Shown: positions 29,125 to 38,472 of the stretch, in pieces
Layout: each line of letters starts with the position of its first letter
Numbering within the stretch: the stretch's first letter is position 1
From: Acidobacteriota bacterium
GTDB taxonomy: Bacteria > Acidobacteriota > UBA6911 > RPQK01 > JANQFM01
Length of the DNA stretch: 64,000 nt
Assembly (NCBI GenBank): GCA_041630155.1
Contig: JBFKLX010000001.1
Coordinates: 747 to 64,746 of the forward strand
Direction of reading: 5' to 3'
Made by a program: the position numbers and the translations under genes
Notes under the pieces: generated by a model
What the model saw: only the letters and a program-made list of their open reading frames with translations
What the model was told of the DNA's origin: nothing
Database searches by the model: none

Positions 29125-30366
29125 ATGGGGGGATCGGATCGCGTGGTGATCGTGGGAGCCGGGCTGGCCGGTTTGTGCTGTGCCCTGCACCTGAAGGAAG
29201 CGGGTGTGCCGTTTCTGCTGCTGGAACGAACGCAGCGGGTGGGAGGGAGGGTCAAGACGGATCCGCATCAAGGGTTCCTGCTGGATCATGGATTTCAAGT
29301 CTTCTCGACCGCCTACCCCGAGGCTCGCCGAGTGCTGGACTATGCCAGCTTGGACTTTCGAGCCTTTTATCCCGGGGCCCGGGTCTGGACCGGCGAACGG
29401 CTGGTGCGCGTGTCCGACCCCTGGCGCCGGCCGTTGCAGGCGTTCCAGGACCTGTTCGACCCCATTTCGTCCCTCCCGGACCTGCTGCGAGTGCGCCGCC
29501 TGCGGCGACAGGTGCGAGCAGGGAGTCTGGAGCGACTCTTCGGGCGACCCGAAGTGACGACTTTGCAGCGCCTCCAGGAGGCGGGCTTCAGCGAGAACAT
29601 GATCGAGCGGTTCTTTCGCCCCTTTTTCGGTGGGGTGTTCCTGGAGAGGAATCTGGAGACCTCCAGCCGCATGTTCGAGTTCGTGTTCCGGATGATGGCC
29701 TCTGGGGACACCGTCCTGCCTCGGCGCGGGATGGAAGAGATCCCGCGCCAACTGGCCTCGCGCCTCCCTCCAGAGAGCATTCGAACCGGGGCCCCGGTGG
29801 CGCGCCTGGAGGGCAACCGGGTGGTATTGCAGTCCGAGGAGGTGATTGCGGCCAGCACGATCGTCCTGGCGACCGACGGTTACACGGCGGGGCAGTTGAC
29901 CGGCCTCGATCGGCCCGCCTTTCAAGGCGTCACCTGTCTGTATTTCGCTACTGGCGAACCTCCCTCCGATGAACCCATTCTGCTGCTGAACGGCTCGGGG
30001 CGGGGGATCGTCAACAACGTGGCGGTTCTCAGCAACGTCTCGCCGGACTATGCTCCGAGTGGCCAGGCTTTGATCTCCGTGACCATTCTGGGCTTGCCGG
30101 CTGCCATGGATGAGCAGATCGCGGAACGCGTCACCGAAGAATTGGCGCTCTGGTTCGGGCCCCTGCCCAGATGGCGTTTACTGAGGGCGTACCGGATCGC
30201 GGACGCCTTGCCCCGGCAGGCTCCGCCGGCCCTGTCGGAACCCGAGCGTCCGGTGCTTGTCCGGCCAGGTTTGTTCGTCTGTGGCGACCACCGGGACAAC
30301 GCCTCGATCAACGGTTCGATGGTCTCCGGCCGGCGGGCCGCCGAGGCCCTGCTGGCGTCCTCTTGA
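29125..30366 (+). CDS. FAD/NAD(P)-binding amine-oxidase-like oxidoreductase
   Basis: The N-terminal Rossmann motif is VVIVGAGLAGLCCA...ERTQRVGGRV. A C-terminal LFVCGD motif is present. The start is chosen at MGGSD; the ORF track starts earlier at 28996. Confidence 0.7.
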   Translation: MGGSDRVVIVGAGLAGLCCALHLKEAGVPFLLLERTQRVGGRVKTDPHQGFLLDHGFQVFSTAYPEARRVLDYASLDFRAFYPGARVWTGERLVRVSDPWRRPLQAFQDLFDPISSLPDLLRVRRLRRQVRAGSLERLFGRPEVTTLQRLQEAGFSENMIERFFRPFFGGVFLERNLETSSRMFEFVFRMMASGDTVLPRRGMEEIPRQLASRLPPESIRTGAPVARLEGNRVVLQSEEVIAASTIVLATDGYTAGQLTGLDRPAFQGVTCLYFATGEPPSDEPILLLNGSGRGIVNNVAVLSNVSPDYAPSGQALISVTILGLPAAMDEQIAERVTEELALWFGPLPRWRLLRAYRIADALPRQAPPALSEPERPVLVRPGLFVCGDHRDNASINGSMVSGRRAAEALLASS

Positions 30367-30396
30367 CCACTCTTGGGCGCGAGCCGGGGGCCCCTC

Positions 30397-30425
30397 TTGA
30401 CGTTCATCCAGGCCGGTGCTAATCT
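30397..30425 (+). promoter_or_regulatory. sigma70-like promoter (TTGACG, 17 nt spacer, TAATCT) upstream of the Cys-rich secreted protein gene
   Basis: I read directly -35 TTGACG (30397-30402), a 17-nt spacer, and -10 TAATCT (30420-30425), about 140 nt upstream of ATG 30569. Confidence 0.4.
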
Positions 30426-30568
30426 CATCCTCAACTCTCCATTCATTCCCAGGTTCGACGCAGCAGTACCCTTCGGGAGAGAAGTCCAACATTTTTGATC
30501 GTGGCCCGCATCCTGGAGGTATTCGTGCGCCCGCACCACCTCGAGCCGCGGGCCGCGGGAGGTGAGTG

Positions 30569-31522
30569 ATGCATCTACGAGCGGTTTTGAGCAGCCTGGC
30601 GCTCCTGGCCTGCGCGGGCATCCTCTTGCTTTCGGTCTCGGCCAGCCATGACGGCGGGGCCTTCTCGACTGGTCCTTCGAAATTCTGTCACGTCACCGAC
30701 GGCGCCTTCACCGACTGTGACCCGATACCCGGCATCGAAGAGTGGTCCGACATCGACTTTCTGGCGGGTCTGGGCACCAACGCCGGCGCCGTGGTCTACA
30801 CCGATCAGAGCTTGAATCCGCCGAGGCTCTTGTTGATGTACGACTTGCTCGGTCATACCAATCCGCTGGCGGTGGATTCCTTTTTCGACATCACGTTCCA
30901 CATCCAGGAGCACGGCGAGCTCGAGGAGTACGAGGTGCAGTGTTTCGGGGACGGAACGTTCCGGGTGTTCGAGGATGGAGAAGACATCACCGACGAGGCG
31001 GACACGGTCGATTGCGCGGTCGGCTTCAACGGCTCCAACGTTCAGGTGGAGCTGGAGATCGACACCCTGGTGACCTATTCCCCCGACATCCCGCTCTTCT
31101 GGTACACGGCGGCTCCTCAGCCCCGCTGCCACCCCGATCAGCCCGGGTGCGAATGCCCGCCGGAGGACCCCGACTGCTTTCCCCGGCAACAGGTCGCCCA
31201 GTTGATCCCTACTTCCTCGACGATCGTGATCGCTTCTTCGGATGGCACGACCCAGGTGGTGGGACTGCCGGTGGGCGGGGCTTTCGGTCCCGAGGATCTC
31301 TGTGACAGGGCCACTCGGAGCGGTTTCCTGGTAGACCTGATGGGCCTGAAGCCCGGGTCCAATCACGGCCAGTTCATCCGCCGGGTTTCCCAACAGACCC
31401 GCCAGGCGCTGAACAGTCTGGCCGGTTTCGATCTGATCGCCGGCAAGGACATGGGGCGGATCCACGGCTGCGTGGTGTCCAGTCTGGCACGATCCAAGAC
31501 GACGCTCATCACGGCCAAGTGA
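30569..31522 (+). CDS. hypothetical secreted acidic Cys-rich protein
   Basis: GGGAGG lies 8 nt upstream of the ATG. Signal peptide MHLRAVLSSLALLACAGILLLSVSA. About 11 Cys are present, including PRCHPDQPGCECPPEDPDCFP. I recognise no family. The antisense 296-aa ORF is Arg-rich junk. Confidence 0.6.
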   Translation: MHLRAVLSSLALLACAGILLLSVSASHDGGAFSTGPSKFCHVTDGAFTDCDPIPGIEEWSDIDFLAGLGTNAGAVVYTDQSLNPPRLLLMYDLLGHTNPLAVDSFFDITFHIQEHGELEEYEVQCFGDGTFRVFEDGEDITDEADTVDCAVGFNGSNVQVELEIDTLVTYSPDIPLFWYTAAPQPRCHPDQPGCECPPEDPDCFPRQQVAQLIPTSSTIVIASSDGTTQVVGLPVGGAFGPEDLCDRATRSGFLVDLMGLKPGSNHGQFIRRVSQQTRQALNSLAGFDLIAGKDMGRIHGCVVSSLARSKTTLITAK

Positions 31523-31839
31523 GCCGTCCCGGCGTGCCCCCGCAGGCGAAGCGCATCCACCTCGGGGGCACCCGGTTCCAAGTCTCCCTACCCTTGCTTT
31601 CCGCCCACTTGCCAGCGCCGGCGCGACTCATTTAAGCTGGACACAGCTCGCATCTCTCATGAGGAGGTCTCTGGCGGTGCTGGGATTGGTCCCTGCTGCC
31701 AGCTTCGCCTTTCCCCGGGCTCCTCGGCGTTGGTCGAGGCCGGCTCCGGACCCTCCAGCGCGGCGCCTCCCCTGGGGCCTCGCGAAGAGCCCTCATGAGG
31801 ACCGGAAACTTGGGCTCGACCCTGGTGAGGAGCGAAATG

Positions 31840-34077
31840 CGTCGACGGATCTGGGAGCTTGGGGTATCGGTACTCGCGGTGGGGCTTTGGGTGCTGACGG
31901 CCGCCCCTCAGGAGCAGGTTTCGGGGCACCAACGCATGAGGGAGGCACTGCGGGAACTGGCCGACCGGAGCGACCGGGAGCACCCCTACCTGAACCGTGA
32001 GCCGGTGGAGAGACTGCGCCAGCAAGTGAAAGCCATCCATCCGGCCATGCCAGTGCAGCAGCAGGCTCGGTTGCGCGTGAACCTGGGGCAGGGAGAGCTG
32101 CGGCTGGGAAATCTGGAGGCAGCCATCGAGAACCTGGAGGCGGGTTACGCCTTGCTGGATCAATTCCCTCCGGGAGTTCAGTCGGCGGCTCGTCAGTCTT
32201 TGGCCTACCACCTCGGGCTGGCCTACGCGCGGCTGGGCGAGATCGAAAATTGTCTGGGCCAACACCATTCCACTAGTTGCGTGTTGCCGATCGGCCCGGA
32301 GGCCGTCCATCGGATTCGCCGCGGCTCCGAGTCTGCGATGCCCTATTTCCGGGAGGTCATGCGGCTCTCGGAGCGCGGCTCGGCGGCCTACCTCGCCTCC
32401 CGCTGGCTGCTCAATCTGGCGGCCATGACACTGGGAGAATATCCCGCCGCCTTGAGCGATGAGGAACGCATACCGGCGGAAGCCTTCGGGTCGGAAGAAG
32501 ACTTTCCGCGCTTCTCCAACATCGCCCCCCGGCTGGGCCTGGCGACGGTCGACCTTTCGGGGGGAGCAGGGGGCGAGGACTTCAACGGCGACGGACTCTT
32601 GGATCTCATCGTCTCCACCTGGGACACCCGGGGCCAGATGCGCTACTTCGAGCGGCAGCCCGACGGGTCCTTTCGGGAAAAGACCGTGGAGGCCGGACTT
32701 TCGGGGTTCCTGGGCGGGTTGAATCTCAACCTGGCCGATTACGACAACGACGGGGACGTGGATGTTCTGGTGCTGCGGGGCGCCTGGGTCTACGGCGAAG
32801 CGGGACGGCACCCCAATTCGCTGCTGCAAAACCAGGGGAACGGGCAATTCCGCGACGTCACTTTCGAGGCCGGGCTGGCCGAAGAGAGCTATCCCACGCA
32901 AACGGCCGGCTGGGCCGACTTCGACAACGACGGAGACCTGGATCTGTACGTCGGGAACGAGGCATCCCCCGAGCAGGTCTATCCCAGCCAGCTCTTTCGC
33001 AACAACGGGGACGGGACCTTCACGGACGTAGCCGAGGCGGCTGGGGTCCAGAATCTTCGCTACTCCAAGGGGGTCGCCTGGGGCGATTACAACGAAGACC
33101 GCTGGCCCGATCTCTACGTCTCCAACCTGGGAGGCAAGAACCGCCTGTATCACAACAACGGTGACGGTAGCTTCACCGACATTGCCGAAAAGCTGGGGGT
33201 CACCGGTCCCATCGACAGCTTTCCCAGCTGGTTCTGGGACTTCGATAACGACGGCAAGCTCGACCTCTTCGTGGCGGGCTACTTTCAAAGCATTCCACCG
33301 GACCGCGTGGCGGCAGTCGTGGCCAGCTATCTCGGACTACCCCATCGAGGAGAATTACACCATCTGTACAAAGGGGACGGGAAAGGTTTCCAGGAGGTGG
33401 GGAGGGAGCGAAACCTGCGCCGGATCACGCTGACGATGGGTTGCAACTACGGCGACCTGGACAACGACGGCTTTCTCGATTTCTACCTGGGTACCGGTTA
33501 TCCCTTTTACGACGGGCAGATTCCCAACGTGATGTACCACAACCAGCGAGGCGAACGCTTCACCGACATCAGCAGTTCGGCGGGCTTCGCTCACCTGCAG
33601 AAGGGGCACGCCGTGGTCTTCGCGGACTGGGATGGCGACGGCGACCAGGATGTCTTCGAGCAGATGGGGGGCGCCTACCTCAGCGAGGCGTTCGCCAACG
33701 CCTTCTACGAAAACCCTGGCTTTGGGGCGCACTGGGTCCAGATCAAGCTGCATGGGAAGCAGTCCAATCGTTTCGGCGTCGGGGCCCGTCTGCATCTGCG
33801 TTTCGTGGACGCGGGGGAGGAGCGGTCGGTCTATCGGTGGGTGGGCACCGGGGGAAGCTTCGGAGCCAACCCGCTCACCCAGCACATCGGCCTGGGGAAA
33901 GCCACTCGAATCGAAGAACTGCAGGTATTCTGGCCGACCTCCGGTATCACCCAGAAGTTCACGGGCATCCCGGTTGATCGAGTCCTCCTGATCGAGGAAG
34001 ACGCTTCCCGGTATCAGACATTGCCGCTGCGCTCGATTCCGTTCGCCGGCGAAGCCGCCTCCCGACCCCACCACTGA
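31840..34077 (+). CDS. CRTAC1/ASPIC-UnbV family protein with N-terminal TPR-like domain
   Basis: GAGGAG lies upstream of the ATG (MRRRIWELGVSVLAVGLWVLTAAPQ). An N-terminal ~250 aa helical-repeat region precedes FG-GAP/VCBS repeats (DFNGDGLLDLIVST, ADYDNDGDVDVLVL, ADFDNDGDLDLYVGN). The C-terminal UnbV/ASPIC region is VGARLHLRF...FWPTSGITQKFTGIPVDRVLLIEE. Confidence 0.8.
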   Translation, partial: RRRIWELGVSVLAVGLWVLTAAPQEQVSGHQRMREALRELADRSDREHPYLNREPVERLRQQVKAIHPAMPVQQQARLRVNLGQGELRLGNLEAAIENLEAGYALLDQFPPGVQSAARQSLAYHLGLAYARLGEIENCLGQHHSTSCVLPIGPEAVHRIRRGSESAMPYFREVMRLSERGSAAYLASRWLLNLAAMTLGEYPAALSDEERIPAEAFGSEEDFPRFSNIAPRLGLATVDLSGGAGGEDFNGDGLLDLIVSTWDTRGQMRYFERQPDGSFREKTVEAGLSGFLGGLNLNLADYDNDGDVDVLVLRGAWVYGEAGRHPNSLLQNQGNGQFRDVTFEAGLAEESYPTQTAGWADFDNDGDLDLYVGNEASPEQVYPSQLFRNNGDGTFTDVAEAAGVQNLRYSKGVAWGDYNEDRWPDLYVSNLGGKNRLYHNNGDGSFTDIAEKLGVTGPIDSFPSWFWDFDNDGKLDLFVAGYFQSIPPDRVAAVVASYLGLPHRGELHHLYKGDGKGFQEVGRERNLRRITLTMGCNYGDLDNDGFLDFYLGTGYPFYDGQIPNVMYHNQRGERFTDISSSAGFAHLQKGHAVVFADWDGDGDQDVFEQMGGAYLSEAFANAFYENPGFGAHWVQIKLHGKQSNRFGVGARLHLRFVDAGEERSVYRWVGTGGSFGANPLTQHIGLGKATRIEELQVFWPTSGITQKFTGIPVDRVLLIEEDASRYQTLPLRSIPFAGEAASRPHH

Positions 34078-34106
34078 AAGGGATCGCCAGATCCTCGAGC
34101 CGACCC

Positions 34107-34992
34107 ATGCGACTACAGGCACGTCTCAGCGGACTACTGACTCATCTGGGACCCTTGCTGGTGATCCTGCTGGCTGCGTCGCTGGGCCAGAAGGATCTCC
34201 GACAGGACAATGGGGCCTTGGTGTTGGTCGGCGTGTCCGCTTCGCTGGGAGGTCTTCTCTATTTCCGGTGGCCCTGGTTCGGAGCGAGCCTCGTGACGGC
34301 CGCCCTCGGGGGGTTCGTGTTCTTGGGCTGGCCGGCTGTCGAAGGTTCCCCCGGCCTCGCGCTTCTCTTCACGCTATTGGCGGCAGCTGCCGTCGTCCTG
34401 GTCTGGGGAACCCGTGAACGGGGCAAGCATGCGACGCGCTCGGTCCTTCGGATCGCCCGCCTTCGCCAAACGACTCGGCACGGCCGGCGCCTGGGCCGCC
34501 GTCTTGCTGGCCCTCTCAGGATTCGCCGTCAGCGTCCTGGCAGTGTCGCGCCTGCGCCGCCGCGTGTTAGCACCTCTCGAGGACCTCTCGGCGACGTTGC
34601 AGGCAGCGCATCATGGGGACATCCACCGCCGGTGCCAGAGCTGGGCCGGTCCCCTGGAGATCAAGATGGTGCTCAGCGGGGTCAATCGACTCCTGGACGA
34701 GCACAGCCAACATCGGCTCACGGGGGAAACTCAGACCCGGTTGGACCGAGCCGTGAGCCTGCATTTGTTGGATCAGCTGCAGGCGGCCGCGTTCGTGGTG
34801 GGTGGGCGGCGTGACGTGCTGCTGAGCAGCCGCACCGGCCTGGCCGAGCTGGCTGGCTCCCAGGGCGGGCAGTTGCGCCAGGAACTGCGCCGGTTGCCCA
34901 GCACTCAGCTGGCTCCGAAGGGGTATTCGGCATCGAGAGTCCAGCAGCTGGACCTTTGGCTGGTGCAGGGAAACCCCGAACCGGGCGCGTAG
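34107..34992 (+). pseudogene. multi-TM membrane protein with HAMP domain, apparently split by a +1 frameshift near 34405-34420 (ORFs 34107.. and 34414..34992)
   Basis: Frame A encodes four TM helices (residues 1-100) and then Arg-rich junk. Frame B begins with GTG/ATG and encodes a fifth TM helix (AWAAVLLALSGFAVSVLAV) followed by the HAMP-like RRRVLAPLEDLSATLQAAHHGDIHRR...LEIKMVLSGVNRLLDEH and a coiled coil. Together they make a coherent ~295-aa protein. Confidence 0.4.
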
Positions 34993-35015
34993 ACAGTCGC
35001 CTCTCTCCGGCCTTC

Positions 35016-36587
35016 CTACATCGACCAGAGGGTGATGCCGCCGCCGTAGCGCCGCTTCAGGCGTTCCCTGGCCAATGCCAGCAAAGTGTTGAAGCGGAAG
35101 GTGGGGTCGGGATGCCCTCCCAGGAAGCGCCGCGCGTCGTCGGGCTCGGTCAGGCCCCAGATCTTGACGATGGTGGTCTCCAGCCGGCTCAGGTGCTCCT
35201 CGGACACCGCCGCCGCCTCTTCTCGCGCATCTTCCAGGAGCCGGCGGGCTTCGGCCAACCGGTCCGGTGGGGCTTCCCCCTCGCACTGGCCGTACTGCAA
35301 AAGAAGGATCGTCATGGCCTTGACCCGGCTCTCCAGGTCGGTGTGTTGCCGCATCAGGAGGCCGGCGTGGCGCAAGCCGAGGCGGCTGAAATCCGCATCC
35401 TGCTGGCAGGTGAAGCTCAGGGCCCGCATCAGCCCGCTGAAATCGTCCGGCCCGGGGAACTCGTCGTTCAGCCGGCGCTGGACCGTACCGGGATCACGCG
35501 TGGCCCAGCCCACCGGAAAGAGAGATCGGCTCCGAGCGACATGCGACAGCCCAAGGGGCCGCAGGTTCCCTCCGGGCGTGAATCCGAATTGGTCTCCCCG
35601 CAAGGCTCGGTCCAGCCCTCCCACTTGCTGGATCTTTCCCTGCAACGATTCCGGAAGCAGTCGAAAGGCGCGGAGAGTGCTCTCGGGCAGAGAACTCATG
35701 TACTGCAGGGACTGCCACATGGCCGACTCGACGCTGCTGAGCTCGACTTCGCCGAGGCGGGTCCGGAGGACGGTGATCCCGAACAGTTCGTCTCCCTCCT
35801 CGGGGATTCGGGAGAGCCAGAGCCGATACGCTTCTGCGAAGAGTCCGGGAAACTCCACTGCCAGCGTCGAGAAGTTGTTGGCGAAGTTCCAAACCTCGGA
35901 ATTGTCGCCGCTGTAAGCGAGCCGGTCCAGCGCCTCCCGGACCTCCTGTTCCGCTTCGCCGCCTCGGCCTTGCGCCAGGAGTTGCTGCAACAGTTCGCCC
36001 AACTGGTAGCTCTGGCCCCTGCGAACACGCTGACGGACGAGATCGAGTGACGAGTCCGAGGACTCGCTCGATTGGATTTCGAGTCTCCTGGTCTCGGCCC
36101 GTTCCAGGAGTTGCCGCCTCGCTTCCTGCGCGCTCTCTCCCAGATCTTCTCGCCGGGGCCAACCTCTGGCCCGGTTGACGGCCCCTTCGCCACCACGGGA
36201 GCGGGGGAAGAGAAACGGGAGCACCGCCAGGGTCGCTTGCGCGTATGCTTGCGGGGCAGTGGTTTCGCTCGCCACCCGGCGCAAGCGCTCAGCCACGCGA
36301 TCGAAGAGTGCTTGCTCTTCCAGGGGCCAGGCGTACCCGATTTCTTGGGCCAGCGATTGCAGATGCCAGTTTTCCGGCTGCCCGGGTGGATAGTGAGACA
36401 GCGCTTCCACGCTGTCTTCCAGGATTCTCCGAGTCGCCAACAGATTCGTCGGGGTCACTCCCAGGTGGCGAGCCGTGCGTTCCAGTCGCCAGTCGTCGAG
36501 GTTCTTCACTTCCACGACTCGCTCTTGCGCAAGGCCGTGCAACGCCATCCCCACGGACAAGGTCAGCAGCACAACCGACTCGAACAT
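35016..36587 (-). CDS. hypothetical secreted protein
   Basis: Start MFESVVLLTLSVGMALHGLAQE (signal peptide). About 520 aa with no recognised domain. The alternate frames are junk. Confidence 0.5.
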   Translation of the reverse strand: MFESVVLLTLSVGMALHGLAQERVVEVKNLDDWRLERTARHLGVTPTNLLATRRILEDSVEALSHYPPGQPENWHLQSLAQEIGYAWPLEEQALFDRVAERLRRVASETTAPQAYAQATLAVLPFLFPRSRGGEGAVNRARGWPRREDLGESAQEARRQLLERAETRRLEIQSSESSDSSLDLVRQRVRRGQSYQLGELLQQLLAQGRGGEAEQEVREALDRLAYSGDNSEVWNFANNFSTLAVEFPGLFAEAYRLWLSRIPEEGDELFGITVLRTRLGEVELSSVESAMWQSLQYMSSLPESTLRAFRLLPESLQGKIQQVGGLDRALRGDQFGFTPGGNLRPLGLSHVARSRSLFPVGWATRDPGTVQRRLNDEFPGPDDFSGLMRALSFTCQQDADFSRLGLRHAGLLMRQHTDLESRVKAMTILLLQYGQCEGEAPPDRLAEARRLLEDAREEAAAVSEEHLSRLETTIVKIWGLTEPDDARRFLGGHPDPTFRFNTLLALARERLKRRYGGGITLWSM

Positions 36588-36809
36588 GGAAACCGTTCCT
36601 TTCCTTTCTGGCGACACACTCTCGAGAGAGCGCTGTCGGCTTTGATCGATTGAGCGAAGGACGGGACTGAACGGTCTGCGAACCAGGTGGGAAGCCCCCC
36701 GCTCGGAGCCAGACGTCGCGAACTGATCACCATTCTAAATGAAAGGAAGATTTGCGCGGGGGGCGCGGTCTTCCGGAACGCCGCTGGCCCGGCTCCCGAG
36801 GTTCCTGCG

Positions 36810-38432
36810 CTACCTGATCGTGAACGTATCGCTGGCCTGGACGCTCTGGCTTCGGATGCGATCCTGGAAGGAGACTTCGACCTGGTAGTCACCGGGCTCC
36901 AGCCCGGTGAGCGGGAGGCGTTTGATCAGCACCATCCGCTGCGGAGAGAAGTACTGCACCGATTGACCCTCTTCGTCCACCTCCTGGACGACCGTTCGCC
37001 GGTCCCTCACGATGCTGTAGCGGGCCTGAAAGGAAGGGTCGAGGGTGCTCTGGTCCACGGCGACGTGATAGATCTGCAGGTAGACCGCAAAGTAGTCGTC
37101 AGGAGAAAAGATTTTCTGCAGGCTGGGACGGACGAGAACGTCCCCAATCACGAACGGCTGGTCTTCGGGCCGTTCCGAGTTTCCGGCGGGCACGATGTAG
37201 TCGGCCACCACGAGCCGGCTGGACGCGAGCTCGTCCGGGGGGTAGTCCGGCGCGACCAGCGCTTGCCGGGCGATGCCGACCAGGCCGCTCGCCAGGTCCT
37301 TGGCCACCAGTTCCAGCTTGTATCTCCGGCCCGTCTCCAGCAGGATCACGCGGTTGTAGTAGGAGCTCTGCGTCAACCCGCTTTGCAGGTCTCGGGGGGC
37401 GAAGGCAGCCACCAACTCGTCTTCGAACTCGCGAACCACGCGGCCCGTCAGGTCGGAAACGACTCCGTAGACGGCCAGCCTGGCCGTGTGGGTGCCGCCC
37501 GCTTCGACGAAACTCAGGTCGCGGTTGGCCACTTCGAGGGTCACGGGGGCGAGCACTCTGGTCTCGTTGAGGCGGAAGACGTCGGCGCGGGTCGTGAGGG
37601 GGAGTTGCTGGAAGGTGACCCGGGTGTCCACCAGCTCCTTGAGTTCGCGGTGCCGGAGCGACTGTGGGCGCTGCACGTCCACGAATCTCTCGTAGCGGGC
37701 GAAGGCGCTGTCTTGCTCCCGGTAGTTCATCAGGGGATAGCTGCCGTGGGGAGCGAAATAGGGGCGTTGGCGGCGTTCGGCAAGCCCCAGCTCCTCGGCG
37801 GCGGTGAAGCCGGCGTTGGGGACGTGAAGGAACGCATCCTTTTCTTCCGGGCTGAGGGCGAGCCGGTAGATGCCACTGAAATCCCGGTCGACGAACTCCA
37901 CCTCGACGTTGGTCCCGACCCCTTCCAGATAACGGTAGCGCCATTTCTGATAGGGAAAGACCGAGGTCCGCCCGCCGCCTTCCGGCAGGGTCCGTTCGTA
38001 TTCGCCGCCCGAGGGCATTTCCTCGATCTCGTCGGGCGGGCCGTGGATGATGTAGATCTTGCCGCGGTCGGTCATCCAGCCCGGCCAACCGGCCGAGAAG
38101 TTCTCATTGGCATAGGCGATACGCCGGTAATGTTCCAACTTGAACTCGTTGGCGGGAGTGCGTGGGTCGGGATCGCGCCGCAACCAGAACTGCTCGATGA
38201 ACTGGTCCCGCTCGTCGTCATTGGTGAGCTTCTGGAAAACGTCCTTTTCCTGGGGCGTGATCACGTAGAGGACGTCTTCGCGAAGCCACTTGCGGTAGTA
38301 GTCTTCCTGCTCCTCCTGCTGCTGTCTGGGAGGTCCCCCGGTCGGGGCCCCTGACCGGACCGCAGCCGCCGCACCGGAAGCCAGCAGCAGGGTCGAGAAG
38401 CCGGCTGCCGAGAGTATCCACCTCACCCTCAT
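36810..38432 (-). CDS. GWxTD domain-containing secreted protein
   Basis: The start MRVRWILSAAGFSTLLLASGAAAAV is a signal peptide. The GWxTD motif GWPGWMTDRGKIYIIHGPPDE and QFWLRRDPDP are present. It is a paralog of the 1-1002 gene. Confidence 0.75.
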   Translation of the reverse strand: MRVRWILSAAGFSTLLLASGAAAAVRSGAPTGGPPRQQQEEQEDYYRKWLREDVLYVITPQEKDVFQKLTNDDERDQFIEQFWLRRDPDPRTPANEFKLEHYRRIAYANENFSAGWPGWMTDRGKIYIIHGPPDEIEEMPSGGEYERTLPEGGGRTSVFPYQKWRYRYLEGVGTNVEVEFVDRDFSGIYRLALSPEEKDAFLHVPNAGFTAAEELGLAERRQRPYFAPHGSYPLMNYREQDSAFARYERFVDVQRPQSLRHRELKELVDTRVTFQQLPLTTRADVFRLNETRVLAPVTLEVANRDLSFVEAGGTHTARLAVYGVVSDLTGRVVREFEDELVAAFAPRDLQSGLTQSSYYNRVILLETGRRYKLELVAKDLASGLVGIARQALVAPDYPPDELASSRLVVADYIVPAGNSERPEDQPFVIGDVLVRPSLQKIFSPDDYFAVYLQIYHVAVDQSTLDPSFQARYSIVRDRRTVVQEVDEEGQSVQYFSPQRMVLIKRLPLTGLEPGDYQVEVSFQDRIRSQSVQASDTFTIR

Positions 38433-38472
38433 CCCTGCGCTCGAGGCCGGCTGAGCGAGCGATGCCGGCCGG

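Noticed and set aside
30441-30470. tRNA-like T-arm fragment 'aggttcgacgc' in an intergenic region
   Set aside because: No downstream TCC/acceptor stem and no cloverleaf can be drawn. It is an isolated GGTTCGA-like match only.
31657-33288. 543-aa minus-strand ORF opposite CRTAC1 #3, plus similar long antisense ORFs
   Set aside because: It is GC-driven open antisense frames with no motifs. The sense strands carry clear FG-GAP, TonB, sulfatase-like or IolD signatures.

The other antisense ORFs rejected on the same basis are 8157-9215, 18027-19313, 36687-38354, 38539-40161, 50281-51783 and 54288-56129.
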